Virus record (IMG/VR): IMGVR_UViG_3300025009_000100 | Length of the DNA stretch: 64,000 nucleotides | Strand: one strand, 5' to 3' | DNA from: an uncultured virus (IMG/VR IMGVR_UViG_3300025009_000100) | Lineage: Duplodnaviria > Heunggongvirae > Uroviricota > Caudoviricetes | In this document: positions 37,770-47,800 of the stretch, in pieces | Position numbering within the stretch: position 1 is the stretch's first letter | Layout of the letters: each line of letters starts with the position of its first letter | Program-made: the position numbers and the translations under genes | The notes under the pieces: generated by a model | Told to the model about the DNA's origin: nothing | The model's input: the letters and a program-made list of their open reading frames with translations, nothing else | Databases searched by the model: none

Positions 37770-39191
37770 TTAAATTTTGATTCTTTCAATTCCTAATTCC
37801 TGATATTTTTTCAATCGGGCCTTCACTGACCGCCCTAACACCGGTTCCATATTATCCCAGTAATCCAGGATGAGGGCCTCTTTTTTTCCTTCGTGAATCC
37901 TTGTTACTCTGCCAATCACCTGAGTCAGAAAATCAACATCTTTAATTGGTGTTGCCATATGCAGCACGGATAATAAAGGTTCGTCGAATCCTTTACCAAG
38001 TAATTGTTCAGTTGCGAAAAGTATCTTCAATTTACCAGTAGCGGCTTCTTTTACTATGGTTTTTCTGTCTTCTTTGGATACCTGCCCAACCAAAATACGG
38101 CTTACCATTTTTATTAATGGGGGCAAAAGGTTTTGGATTAAATAAAGATGCTGGACTGACCTGGAAGTCACCAATTGAATTCCAAACCAGTCTATTTCTT
38201 TTTCAATATTTTGAGCGATCAACTTATTTACTGTTTGATCAAGTAATCTCGATTTAACCCCAGCCTGATAGTTCCTCCTAAAATTGATATCCGTTTTAAA
38301 TTGAGTAGGGATTACTTTTACTTTGGCGGGGCATCTTTCCGCATCTTTATAATTAACAACAATTCGGATAGGACCAAGCAGCCATTTCATTACTTCTGTT
38401 TTTCCATCCTTCCTCACTGGGGTAGCGCTCAGCCCGTATACGTATTCTCCGGTGAAAACATTGATGATTTTTTCATACGATTCAGTTGCCGCGATGTGAC
38501 ATTCATCTACGATCAAACAATCAAACGAGTTTATTGCCTTTTCCTGTTCTCGTAATGTCTGCATTAATGCAACGGAAATAGGATGCACTTTGACATCTCC
38601 AGCGCCTATTTTTCCAATTTTAGAAACTCCCAAAAACTGTTTAATCCGAGCAATCCATTGATTCATCAATTCAGTTGTATCAACAACGATACAGGTTCTC
38701 ACTGAGAATTTGGCTACCAGCCATAAAGCCATTACTGTTTTCCCTGATCCTGTAGGAGCCTGAATTATCCCGTTCTTGTGGGATAATTTTTTGATTACGG
38801 GCTGTCCTTTATTTTCTGATAATTCCCCTTTAAAAATAAAAGAGGCCTTTTTTACTTGGTGTTTTTCGTTAGTAACGGGCCTCTTTAATAATCTTTTTAA
38901 CTGCCACATTGCGCCTCTTGGTAGAACAACCTGCGTCCGATTATCAAAGTCCCAGTAATATAGTTCAACCGGTATTGCTTTTGTTGTCCAGCGTCCTTTT
39001 ACTTTATTTCTGGTGATATAGTATCCTTCTTTGATAAATTTACCCCAATCTTTTTCTTTGATCCGTTTGAATTCCATCATTTTACGGAATTCTGGATTGA
39101 TAATAGTAAAAGCCTTTTTGATTTCTTCCAATTTTTCTTCTGGTACATCATCCGGCAACCGGATTCTGTTATTGATAATAATTGGTTTCAT
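37770..39191 (-). CDS. SF2 DExH helicase (UvsW/XPB-like)
   Basis: APTGSGKT, DECH, SAT, GFD, QVIGRVTR. Confidence 0.9.
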   Translation of the reverse strand: MKPIIINNRIRLPDDVPEEKLEEIKKAFTIINPEFRKMMEFKRIKEKDWGKFIKEGYYITRNKVKGRWTTKAIPVELYYWDFDNRTQVVLPRGAMWQLKRLLKRPVTNEKHQVKKASFIFKGELSENKGQPVIKKLSHKNGIIQAPTGSGKTVMALWLVAKFSVRTCIVVDTTELMNQWIARIKQFLGVSKIGKIGAGDVKVHPISVALMQTLREQEKAINSFDCLIVDECHIAATESYEKIINVFTGEYVYGLSATPVRKDGKTEVMKWLLGPIRIVVNYKDAERCPAKVKVIPTQFKTDINFRRNYQAGVKSRLLDQTVNKLIAQNIEKEIDWFGIQLVTSRSVQHLYLIQNLLPPLIKMVSRILVGQVSKEDRKTIVKEAATGKLKILFATEQLLGKGFDEPLLSVLHMATPIKDVDFLTQVIGRVTRIHEGKKEALILDYWDNMEPVLGRSVKARLKKYQELGIERIKI

Positions 39192-39332
39192 TTTCTTTTT
39201 ATCCTTCTTTTGCTTGCTTTCTTTTTTTCTTTATACCGGCCCCAAACTAACATTACGAATAACATAACCGGCCAAAAGAGTGCTTCTCCTGGAAAATTAC
39301 TGACAAATTCCATTATTTTCTCCTATTTTATT

Positions 39333-39560
39333 CTATTTAAAGTTAATAAATCGGATACTTGCCCTGGTTCTGTTTCTTTTGGGTTTGGTAGTATGCCTGA
39401 CCTCTTCAGTGTAAACACCATCCCGAATTTTGATTTTGAGCCCAGGTACCCTTCGCCAGGACTTCTTACTAATCTCTTGAGAATTCCAGCATGGGCTGTT
39501 CCTATTTTTGGAAGCAGCCCAGATGTGATTGATTTTCTTCCTGTTTACATTCTTGATCAT
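39333..39560 (-). CDS. hypothetical basic protein
   Basis: GGAGG RBS; ATGA-coupled. Confidence 0.45.
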   Translation of the reverse strand: MIKNVNRKKINHIWAASKNRNSPCWNSQEISKKSWRRVPGLKIKIRDGVYTEEVRHTTKPKRNRTRASIRFINFK

Positions 39561-40051
39561 TCTTCCTCCTTGTTTGCCCAATCAGGTTTTTTTCTTTTAG
39601 TCCATTTAGGATTCTCACTTTTCCATTTTTCAATGAGGCATTGTCGATATGCTTCTGTGGTGCTGATGATATGTTTATGGTTTTTGGTGCAGTTTATAAA
39701 CGGCATTCTCCGGTAATTAAAAAATAGATGATTTTGTGCTTTAAAATCATGCAGCATTAAAGAAGTTTTATGTATTTTATTAAACCTGTGTTTGTACTCT
39801 TCACAGCAATCTGTTAAATACGACATTGCTTTAAAATAATAATATTTGCAATTTTGTATTATTGGGTGATTTTCATGTGTGGGCAAATAAATGCAATCCA
39901 TTGCTGTTAAGGTTTCTCCAACATCACAGTTTTCAATCCATATTGCAGTGCTCAGGATTTGTCCAAGCTCGATGATTTGTTTGTTTAATCTTTTGTCATC
40001 TAAATCTTCTGATGATTTAGTACTATCATTTCTGGTCCAAAAGATTTGCAT
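39557..40051 (-). CDS. pyrimidine dimer DNA glycosylase/endonuclease V (DenV-like) family protein
   Basis: MQIF...LDDKRLNKQIIE.GQIL...THENHP...EY.HRF.K.H. Confidence 0.75.
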   Translation of the reverse strand: MQIFWTRNDSTKSSEDLDDKRLNKQIIELGQILSTAIWIENCDVGETLTAMDCIYLPTHENHPIIQNCKYYYFKAMSYLTDCCEEYKHRFNKIHKTSLMLHDFKAQNHLFFNYRRMPFINCTKNHKHIISTTEAYRQCLIEKWKSENPKWTKRKKPDWANKEEE

Positions 40052-40280
40052 AACACCCCCTATTTACGTGCGTTTAATTGCATTTAACTCTTCACATAGG
40101 CATTTAACCCCCTAAATTAAATGCCGAATCAAAAGTCAAATATATTCACCGGTACGGACAAAACGTTTTTTCTTCTTATGGATTTTAACCACATTCACAT
40201 TGATCCAGCGGTATAGGTCCACAATTGCAGTCATTTTATTTTCTGATATTAACCGACCTTTAGTTCTTTTACCACCCATA

Positions 40281-40787
40281 TCAAATTCCACAATCTCTTT
40301 CATTATCCCTCCTTTTGTAAGCCTTGTTCACAATTTTGCAAATGCTTAATAATTCGGCTTTGTTTTCTCTCCAGAATTTCAGGGCATCGCCATTCATTTT
40401 AGATATCTCACCATCAGAGAAATTTTTCCACTCTGAAATCAGGTGCATCTCGCAGCCGATTTTCATTGTGCTGTTAAAAATGAATACAGGCCACCTTTTG
40501 GATGATATTGTCAGCATGGAAACAATCTCGACGCCGAACATTTTTTTAATTTTTCCTATTATGTTTTTTGCACGGATACCTCCCCCGGCCTCGATCTCTT
40601 CCCCGGCCTCGATCTCTTCCCCGGCAATGATCCCTTTCCCGGCCCTGATCCCTTTCCCGGCAATGATTCAACCGGTAACGGAAAGAGATATCTTTATTTC
40701 CAAGAATTCCGTTGATATCAGATCTTTTTTCAGCTCCCAATATCCTTTCTTCTCTTCCAGCCCTGGTGTGGTTTGATCAATAATCAT
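40281..40787 (-). pseudogene. hexapeptide (IxAGxx) repeat protein with in-frame TGA at codon 40
   Basis: AAGGAG RBS-ATG 40787; single TGA at 40668-40670, then in-frame IIAGKGIRAG... and MKIGCEMH..W..F...I..M...A..FW. Confidence 0.75.
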
Positions 40788-40827
40788 TATGCTTCTCCTT
40801 TTTTAAACGCCCAAATCCTGTTTTTAT

Positions 40828-40854
40828 AAAAGGGCAGAATAATTTCCTGCCCTT
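40828..40854 (-). terminator. Rho-independent terminator
   Basis: AGGGCAG-loop-CTGCCCT followed by a T run, just after 40878..41561. Confidence 0.6.
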
Positions 40855-40877
40855 ATTTAATGGTTGCATTCACAAAG

Positions 40878-41561
40878 TTATTTTTTAATTTTACTCCCAA
40901 TTTTAACAGCTACAACACCGTTTTTTTCAGTGATTTTTACCCCTTCTTTTTTCAACTGCCTGAGATGGGATTTCATCCTGTTGACGATTTGTTGTTTTGT
41001 TTTCTGGGGAAACTTTTTCTGGATGGCATTGATAATCTCGTCTTCAGTTGTGGTGCCAGCAAGCAAAAGAGAATCAATCACACCAACAGCAGAAGAAAGC
41101 AACCGGCCATACTGAGACCTTGGGCGTTCAACCTTTTCTTTCGTTTTTCCAATGCTGATTTTTGTACGGGCCTTTTTGCCGGCATTAACCAGTTTTTCTT
41201 TAAGGGATGGTACAGCAACTTCAGCAAGGGTGGGAATGGGCTCAACAACAGGAGCAATAATAGGTTCCGGGGCTTCTTCTACAGCCGCTTCCTCAACCTC
41301 AGAAACATGCTCAATTTCCTCAGGCAGCGGTTTCAGTGCACACATGTTCCAGCAGATCAGTTTGTTGATACTCAGTTTCTCAATTGCCCCTTCCTTTTCC
41401 AATTCCTTCAAGGCGTCAGTGATTGTTGTTTTGCCGGCGATTGTCAGGCATTCTTTGATGAGAAATGTCTGATCCACATTTTCATTTTTGCTCAGGTGCT
41501 GCATAATGCTGATTTTGACTTGATCTTTTTTGGTTGGGGTTGCTGTAGTTGATGTTGCCAT
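40878..41561 (-). CDS. first leftward gene; two winged-helix-like domains
   Basis: AAGGAG RBS; C-terminus paralogous to 29787..30611. Confidence 0.65.
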   Translation of the reverse strand: MATSTTATPTKKDQVKISIMQHLSKNENVDQTFLIKECLTIAGKTTITDALKELEKEGAIEKLSINKLICWNMCALKPLPEEIEHVSEVEEAAVEEAPEPIIAPVVEPIPTLAEVAVPSLKEKLVNAGKKARTKISIGKTKEKVERPRSQYGRLLSSAVGVIDSLLLAGTTTEDEIINAIQKKFPQKTKQQIVNRMKSHLRQLKKEGVKITEKNGVVAVKIGSKIKK

Positions 41562-41581
41562 GACGGTCTCCTTTTCCTTTT

Positions 41582-41640
41582 TTAATTGTTTCGGCCTTTA
41601 CACGGCCTCGTCAGTGTATCATCTATATACAGACAATTAA
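41582..41640 (-). ncRNA. type III hammerhead ribozyme
   Basis: UUAAUUGUC^UGUAU-auagaug-AUACA-CUGACGA-GGCC-guguaaa-GGCC-GAAA-CAAUUAA; complete core and three paired stems. Confidence 0.9.
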
Positions 41641-41850
41641 GTTTTTGTACCTTATTTAACGTACAAATCTAATTCGGTTTACTTTTGATGGTTTACTCAA
41701 GGGTTTTCAATCATTTCCCCAAAAGCCTTTACCTCTTTAGATCCTGCTCAGTCCGTCTTTTCAGGTCCTTGTCACTCACCCCTCCTGTATCGGGGGTAAG
41801 GCTGAAACATTTCATCTTGGAGTTTGGCAGGCCCCTCTCACTTTAGATAC

Positions 41851-41879
41851 ACTATACATCATCTAAACAAGAAAGTAAA
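41851..41879 (-). promoter_or_regulatory. sigma70-type leftward promoter
   Basis: TTTACT-17 nt-TATAGT with AT-rich upstream sequence. Confidence 0.6.
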
Positions 41880-42024
41880 GACTTTTTAAAAGGTTTTAAA
41901 AACTTTTTTTAATATTTTTTACACTAATTTTATTTAATTAAAACATGTACTTACAAAATATTTCCAAAAAACAGCAAAAAATAAAGCAAAAAAATCGAAA
42001 ATATTTTATTTAGAAAAACAAAGA

Positions 42025-42040
42025 AAAAGGTTATAAGCAA
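42025..42040 (+). promoter_or_regulatory. candidate late promoter motif AAAAGGTTATAARCAA, copy 1
   Basis: recurs at 49352..49367; both copies precede structural operons. Confidence 0.55.
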
Positions 42041-42065
42041 TTAAATTAAAAAAGGAACCTTATAT

Positions 42066-42818
42066 ATGAGAAGAAGAAATACACCCAAAGTAAAAAACCC
42101 CCAGGGGATAATCAACCCCCCCACCCCCTATACTACTCCCATGATACCCACCATAACAGTGGATGAACAAGTATTCGTAAATCAGATTATATTAAACCGA
42201 GATCCTGCCGTAACCCTCAGGCAAATGAGAATAGTTCCAAAGGATGCCCCCCAGGAAGAAATAGAAAGGACAGTCCAGCAATATTTAAAAAACCCCAGGG
42301 TACAAGAAGCCCTTTTAAAAGCAAAAGCAGATCAGATACAAAGACTCAGGGTAACAGATACTTCTGTAATAGCCCAATTATCCAGATTTGCATTCATAGA
42401 CCCCTTGGACTTGTATGATTCCAGGGGTAGATTAAAACCCTTAAAGAAAATCCCATACGAAGCAAGAGTATGCATCCAGTCAATAGAAACTCAAACAGTG
42501 GGAGGGGTAAGGTCCCCTGAAGTGCAAATAACAAAAGTAAAACTCAATTCCCAGATAGACGCATTAAAAACCCTTTTGGAAAAGATTATTCTGAAAGACC
42601 CTCCGAAGGATTCCCCGATACAGATTGGCACTGTGAATATCCAGAACAATGCCCAAATAAATCACACACAAACAATTAATCCAAAGCAATTAACCAAAGA
42701 ACAGGTACAAATCCTGCTGGAATTAAAAGGATACAAGCAAACTGTATTGGGATATCAGCCCGCAGAAGTCCCAAGTAATGCAGAGGCAGACCAGGAGTTT
42801 GGTTCCTATGCCAGTTAA
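42066..42818 (+). CDS. terS: terminase small subunit
   Basis: LKNPRVQ...VIAQLSRFAFIDP.DLYD..G.LKPL...KVKL...ALK; directly before terL. Confidence 0.8.
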   Translation: MRRRNTPKVKNPQGIINPPTPYTTPMIPTITVDEQVFVNQIILNRDPAVTLRQMRIVPKDAPQEEIERTVQQYLKNPRVQEALLKAKADQIQRLRVTDTSVIAQLSRFAFIDPLDLYDSRGRLKPLKKIPYEARVCIQSIETQTVGGVRSPEVQITKVKLNSQIDALKTLLEKIILKDPPKDSPIQIGTVNIQNNAQINHTQTINPKQLTKEQVQILLELKGYKQTVLGYQPAEVPSNAEADQEFGSYAS

Positions 42819-44400
42819 AATAAAAAGGTACCACCGCAGAACTATCCCAAAGAACCAATGGCCAGATATTACCCAGTTAGTTAATTCTATTTCTGACAGG
42901 GATTTAAAGGCCCAGGAATGTCGGACATCTTTATTTGCATTCACCAAGAATTTCTGGGAAGAAGCAGGGATTCACGATAAACCGGTATGGAATTGGCATA
43001 TAGAGCAATTATGCTTAGAACTGGAAAAGATTGCGTACCGGGTGGCAGCAGAACATCCAAACGAATACGATATGGATGTGAATATCCCCCCAGGCACAAC
43101 CAAATCCCTTTTATTCACAGTTTTCTTCCCTGCATGGGTATGGACAAATTGGCCCTGGATGAAGTTTATTAAACTCTCTTATTCTGCCACATTGGCATTG
43201 GAGCATGCAGAAGTTGCCAGGGAAATACTCCGATCAGAGAAATACCAGTTATTGTTTACTGATATCAAAATAAAGAGAGATAAAGATCAGAAAAGTAATT
43301 TCCGTATCCAGTATTGGGATGAGAAAAGAGGTATATGGCGTTTAGGTGGTGCTTTATTTAGTACCAGTATCCGAGGTACAGTCACTGGGATGCATGCCCA
43401 TTTTATATTGGTGGATGATCCCCTGGACCCATTTAAATCTTTTTCTACAGTGGAATTAGAGGCCACAAATAAGTGGATTCAGAACGTCCTTCCTACGCGG
43501 AAGATAAATAAAGCTGTCACCCCTACAATAATGATTATGCAACGGACGCATCCAAATGATCCCAGCGGGCAGAATATTGCATTAAAGAAAAAGGGCCTGA
43601 AATTAAAAAGAATTGTATTGCCTGGTAAAATAGGGGCAAAAGATTCATCGGATAATACTCGTCAGCTTGTGAAGCCTAAAAGATTCCTGCAATACTATGA
43701 TACCAATAATGGGTATTTAGATCCTATAAGGCTGAATGAATCTGTCTTGCAGGAATTACAGCTAAAATTAGGGCAGTATGGGTACATGGCCCAGGTGGAG
43801 CAAAACCCGTCAGCCCCTGGAGGTGGTTTATTTAATACTGAGAACTTTGACCAGTACATCGATTCTAGCGTGTTAAATTGGGATTTGTATTTCCATAATC
43901 ATATTCGTTTTTGGGATAAAGCAGGGACAACAGACGGAGGTAAGTATACAGCAGGAGTAAAGATTTGTAAAATGGCGAATGATAAAAGCGGCACCCCCAG
44001 GTATTGCATTTTGGATGTAGTGAGGGGCCAATGGGCAGCAAATCAACGGGAAGCAGTGATCGAAACAGTGGCAGTAGAAGATGGCCCGGATACAATGCAA
44101 TGGATTGAGCAAGAACCCGGCTCCGGTGGAAAAGAATCAGCAGAAGCCACAGTTGAAAGATTAAGTAAAGTAAATATTATTTGCCAGGCGGAAAGGCCTG
44201 TGGGGGATAAGTTCTTTAGGGCAGACCCTTTCTCAGTTGCGTGGAACAGGGGGCAAGTTTATCTTGTAAAAGCAAAATGGAATAAACCATTTTTGGATGA
44301 GCTGGCAAACTTCTCCCCAAGTGCAACATATAAAGATCAAGTAGATGCAGCAGGAGCAGCATATAGCAAAGTACATAAAATAAATGGAGGGACGTGGTGA
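42808..44400 (+). CDS. terL: terminase large subunit
   Basis: NIPPGTTKS, LVDDP, IMQR, FWDKA, EQEPGSGGK, DQVDA. Confidence 0.93.
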   Translation: MPVKIKRYHRRTIPKNQWPDITQLVNSISDRDLKAQECRTSLFAFTKNFWEEAGIHDKPVWNWHIEQLCLELEKIAYRVAAEHPNEYDMDVNIPPGTTKSLLFTVFFPAWVWTNWPWMKFIKLSYSATLALEHAEVAREILRSEKYQLLFTDIKIKRDKDQKSNFRIQYWDEKRGIWRLGGALFSTSIRGTVTGMHAHFILVDDPLDPFKSFSTVELEATNKWIQNVLPTRKINKAVTPTIMIMQRTHPNDPSGQNIALKKKGLKLKRIVLPGKIGAKDSSDNTRQLVKPKRFLQYYDTNNGYLDPIRLNESVLQELQLKLGQYGYMAQVEQNPSAPGGGLFNTENFDQYIDSSVLNWDLYFHNHIRFWDKAGTTDGGKYTAGVKICKMANDKSGTPRYCILDVVRGQWAANQREAVIETVAVEDGPDTMQWIEQEPGSGGKESAEATVERLSKVNIICQAERPVGDKFFRADPFSVAWNRGQVYLVKAKWNKPFLDELANFSPSATYKDQVDAAGAAYSKVHKINGGTW

Positions 44401-44618
44401 TGAAAAAACCTTTACTTGGAATAAAGGAGGCGGTGATGGGCGCAAACAAAATCATAACAGGTGGGTGTGATAAATGTAGAAAAGGTAATTTTTGTAATAT
44501 TCACGTAGATAAATTAAAAATTAACAATTGCCCTATTTGTAAAGTTGCTAAGGTCCATCCGGGGTTGTGTTCTGATTGTTTTATAATGAAAAAGTTACTA
44601 TACAGGAGTTTAAAATAA
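44400..44618 (+). CDS. small Cys-rich hypothetical protein
   Basis: several CxxC motifs. Confidence 0.45.
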   Translation: MKKPLLGIKEAVMGANKIITGGCDKCRKGNFCNIHVDKLKINNCPICKVAKVHPGLCSDCFIMKKLLYRSLK

Positions 44619-44621
44619 TAA

Positions 44622-44927
44622 ATGCCGAAATTTAGCCCAATAAAATTAAGCGCAATAGAAAATAGACATGGGTTTTCTTTTACTTGCCCTGGGTGTAAAA
44701 CTGCGCATTTTATCCAGATAAACCCTGAATTTAGCCCATGTTGGATATTCAATGGTAACATAAATAAGCCATCGGTATCCCCAAGTATTTTGGTTCGTTC
44801 TGGGTATGTTGATCAAACGCCCACTACACGGTGCCACTCTTTTATTACGAATGGGCAAATCCAATTTCTTGGGGATTGTACCCATGCGCTGAAAGGGCAA
44901 ACGGTTGATTTACCAGATTGGGAATAA
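44622..44927 (+). CDS. DUF6527-like protein
   Basis: CPGC..H...WIFNG...PS.SPSI...CHSFITNGQI.F..DCTH.L.GQTV.LP. Confidence 0.7.
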   Translation: MPKFSPIKLSAIENRHGFSFTCPGCKTAHFIQINPEFSPCWIFNGNINKPSVSPSILVRSGYVDQTPTTRCHSFITNGQIQFLGDCTHALKGQTVDLPDWE

Positions 44928-44947
44928 ATATTAAATAGGAGGAATAA

Positions 44948-45148
44948 ATGAAAAGAAAAGAGACTGAAAGTTTTGAAGAATACAAACAAAGACGAATAGA
45001 GGCCCGGTTGGTGCAGGAAACAATGCTTAATGGGGTATTTAAGTCAAAGGGAAATACCCAACCAGTATATGCCTCTGTCGAATATGCCAAACGGAAATAC
45101 CAAAGGCTGATGCAGAAGCTCAATAGAAGAAAAGGAGTGCCGGCATGA
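44948..45148 (+). CDS. small basic hypothetical protein
   Basis: AGGAGG RBS; ESFEEYKQRR. Confidence 0.55.
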   Translation: MKRKETESFEEYKQRRIEARLVQETMLNGVFKSKGNTQPVYASVEYAKRKYQRLMQKLNRRKGVPA

Positions 45149-47433
45149 AAGTAAACCGAAAGAATTTACCTGCCCCTGAACCTGACCCCCAGCAGCAGAT
45201 CCAGGTATTGCAGCAGCAATTAACAAATAATAGCATCCTTATGGCCCGGATGCAGTTCGCTTTTGAATTGGGGGTTACATTCGGAGGGGCCAGAAACCTT
45301 TACCAAGTCCTTGGGTACAAGAAACAACTTACTTTCCAGGATTATTACCTTCAGTACCAGCGGGAGGATTTGGGCAAAGTCGTCATTGATAAAGTAGTAA
45401 ATGGCTGCTGGGCGAATAAGCCCCAATTAAAAGACGAAACAGGCACGGATGAATCACCCTTTGAAAAGGAATACGATGCTTTTGCCAAGCAATTTAAGCT
45501 TTACAGCATCCTGAATCGCTTGGATAAACTCCTGGGTTTGGGGGATTATGCTGTGTTACTCCTGGGATTTGATGACAACCTGGACTTTTCCCAGCCGGTG
45601 CAGCCCAATGCACAAATCAAATATTTGCAGCCTTATTCCTGCAACTCAGCAACCATCACCTCATTTGAGAGTGATAAAACCTCCGAGAGATTTGGCAAGC
45701 CCGTGATGTACCAAATCCAGGTAAACCATGAAACGAGTTCTTTTGACAGGGAAAAGACATTAACGACAATCACCATCCAGTGTCATTATACTCGGTTGAT
45801 CCATGTTGTGGAAGACCCCCTGGAATCCAGTATATACGGAACCCCCAGAATGCAGTCGGTTTTTAATCGGTTACAGGACGTCCAGAAGATTCTGGGGGGA
45901 AGTGCTGAGTCTTATTGGAAAAACGTGTCTCCCGGGCGAGTAGCAAAGCTGGATAAAGACACAACTTTACTCCCGGGGGATAAAGAGGACTTAAAGACCC
46001 AATTTGATGAATACGATCACAACCTCAGGAGATGGCTGCGTGTCCGTGGAATGGATATTCAGGAATTATCCACCACAATTGCAGACCCTGAAAAAGCAAT
46101 GGAAGTGCAAATTAATGTGATCTCTGCTGCAACTGGCATTCCTAAAAGAATACTGATGGGGTCCGAGAGAGGGGAACTGGCTTCTTCACAGGATGAAAAG
46201 GCATGGAACTCACTATTATATAATAGGATGGTAAACTTCTGCGAGCCTTGCATCCTCCGACCTTTGGTGGATAGCCTCATTGAGCACAAAAGTATCCCAG
46301 ACCCAGTGGGAGGATATATTGTTGAGTGGCCGAAGATGTCTGCTTTGGGAGAAAAGGAAGTTGCAGAAATAGGCTCTTCAAAGATGGAAGCCATGAGTAA
46401 ATACTTGGCTGCTCCTGGTGGTACTGATATTCTGCCTTTGGAAATCTTCTTCCGGGATATTATTTCTTTACCGGAAGATACCGTAAAAGAAATTATGCTG
46501 AAGATTGAGGACGCAGGCGGGATTGAGGCATTGGAAGAAAAGATGAACCCGGAACCAGAAGAACTTGACCCTGATAAAGTTACTGACAATCTTTTATCCG
46601 TTTTGGGTGGGTCTGGCAGTGGTAACCATGGACATGCAGGAAGGCCAGGTAAGGTTGGAGGCAGCAGCATTGGAAGTAAAGGGAGTGGTAAATCTGCGGA
46701 CAAGCCGGCAGATAAGCAAGAGAAAAGCACTCTCTCCGGAGAGCAAACGAAACGGGTAAGCAGAACTACAAAATTGGATAAACCAACCATCACCGTAAAA
46801 CCCGTGGCGTCAAAACCACCCAAGCCAGAAAAGGACGTAAATCAATTTGTTGGTTTGTCTGTTAAACAAGGCACAAAAGACCCCAAAACAGCCAAAGCGT
46901 TAAACGAAATAAATTCGCATATGGAAGAGGTTTTATCCCGTAGGCCTGGGTTAAAAAATATATTGGATGATATGGGGCCACCGACTGAATTGGTATTAGA
47001 AAAAGGGACACATGTGAAATACACCAATTCAGAAGGGCAAAAAAGAACGACACTGGGACTATACCGGCCAAAAGAAGACACCTTGCATATCCCAATAGAA
47101 GGTGGTTCAAAAGACATTGCAAAGGCATTTGTTTTGGGTACTAAAGCATATACAGTCGGGGGGAATGGGGCAATGGCTACTGTCCGGCACGAATTTGGCC
47201 ACGCTGTTTTAGCAAAAAGCCCAGAGATAAAAACAGCTTTTATACTTCAGGTATGGAAAAATAATAATAACGGAAAAGTTGCATTTTCTGGGGTCAGCCG
47301 GTACGCAACGCTTAATGCATCAGAAGCTTTTGCTGAAGCCTTTTCTGCCTGGTCTTCTCCATACTATAATACTGGGAAAGGAACAACGTTACCTAAAAAT
47401 ATTGAACAGTGGTTTGATAATAATTTAAAATAG
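45145..47433 (+). CDS. portal protein (DUF1073-like) with C-terminal zincin-like extension
   Basis: portal motifs IHYTRLIH-like, ATGIPKRILMG; then Gly/His tag, linker, HEFGH and EAFAEAF. Confidence 0.85.
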   Translation: MKVNRKNLPAPEPDPQQQIQVLQQQLTNNSILMARMQFAFELGVTFGGARNLYQVLGYKKQLTFQDYYLQYQREDLGKVVIDKVVNGCWANKPQLKDETGTDESPFEKEYDAFAKQFKLYSILNRLDKLLGLGDYAVLLLGFDDNLDFSQPVQPNAQIKYLQPYSCNSATITSFESDKTSERFGKPVMYQIQVNHETSSFDREKTLTTITIQCHYTRLIHVVEDPLESSIYGTPRMQSVFNRLQDVQKILGGSAESYWKNVSPGRVAKLDKDTTLLPGDKEDLKTQFDEYDHNLRRWLRVRGMDIQELSTTIADPEKAMEVQINVISAATGIPKRILMGSERGELASSQDEKAWNSLLYNRMVNFCEPCILRPLVDSLIEHKSIPDPVGGYIVEWPKMSALGEKEVAEIGSSKMEAMSKYLAAPGGTDILPLEIFFRDIISLPEDTVKEIMLKIEDAGGIEALEEKMNPEPEELDPDKVTDNLLSVLGGSGSGNHGHAGRPGKVGGSSIGSKGSGKSADKPADKQEKSTLSGEQTKRVSRTTKLDKPTITVKPVASKPPKPEKDVNQFVGLSVKQGTKDPKTAKALNEINSHMEEVLSRRPGLKNILDDMGPPTELVLEKGTHVKYTNSEGQKRTTLGLYRPKEDTLHIPIEGGSKDIAKAFVLGTKAYTVGGNGAMATVRHEFGHAVLAKSPEIKTAFILQVWKNNNNGKVAFSGVSRYATLNASEAFAEAFSAWSSPYYNTGKGTTLPKNIEQWFDNNLK

Positions 47434-47458
47434 CACGTATAGCGTAGGGGGAAGCGAG

Positions 47459-47800
47459 ATGATACAAGAACCAAATTGTTTTAAAAGAGGTTGTATTCAT
47501 AATATCAGGGTAGAACAGCCGGATGGAACTGAAGAAACGGAAGTAAATGCATGTGATGCATACCCGGATGGAATACCAGAAGAAATTGCATACGGAGATG
47601 AATTGCATTTAGAAGTCCGGGATGACCAGGATAATGATATTGTGTTTGAGGAAGATACAGCATCAAAAAAAGTAATGGCCAACGAGACTAATGAAGAACT
47701 GTCCATACTCGGTGGCTCTGGCAGTGGACATTACGGGCATGCGGGGAGGCCTGGTAAGAGAGGTGGATCAGTAACAGGCGGAGGAGGAGGTACTCCCTGA
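47459..47800 (+). CDS. Cys/His small protein (CxxxxCxH...CDAYPDGIP...H) fused to a second Gly/His tag
   Basis: ORF track; ends at a TGA that is in frame with 47801..48244. Confidence 0.7.
   Translation: MIQEPNCFKRGCIHNIRVEQPDGTEETEVNACDAYPDGIPEEIAYGDELHLEVRDDQDNDIVFEEDTASKKVMANETNEELSILGGSGSGHYGHAGRPGKRGGSVTGGGGGTP

Noticed and set aside
45145..46590. Anti-CBASS Acb1 nuclease call for the DUF1073-like protein
   Set aside because: Position and motifs indicate a portal, and no 2H phosphoesterase HxT pair was seen in the extension.
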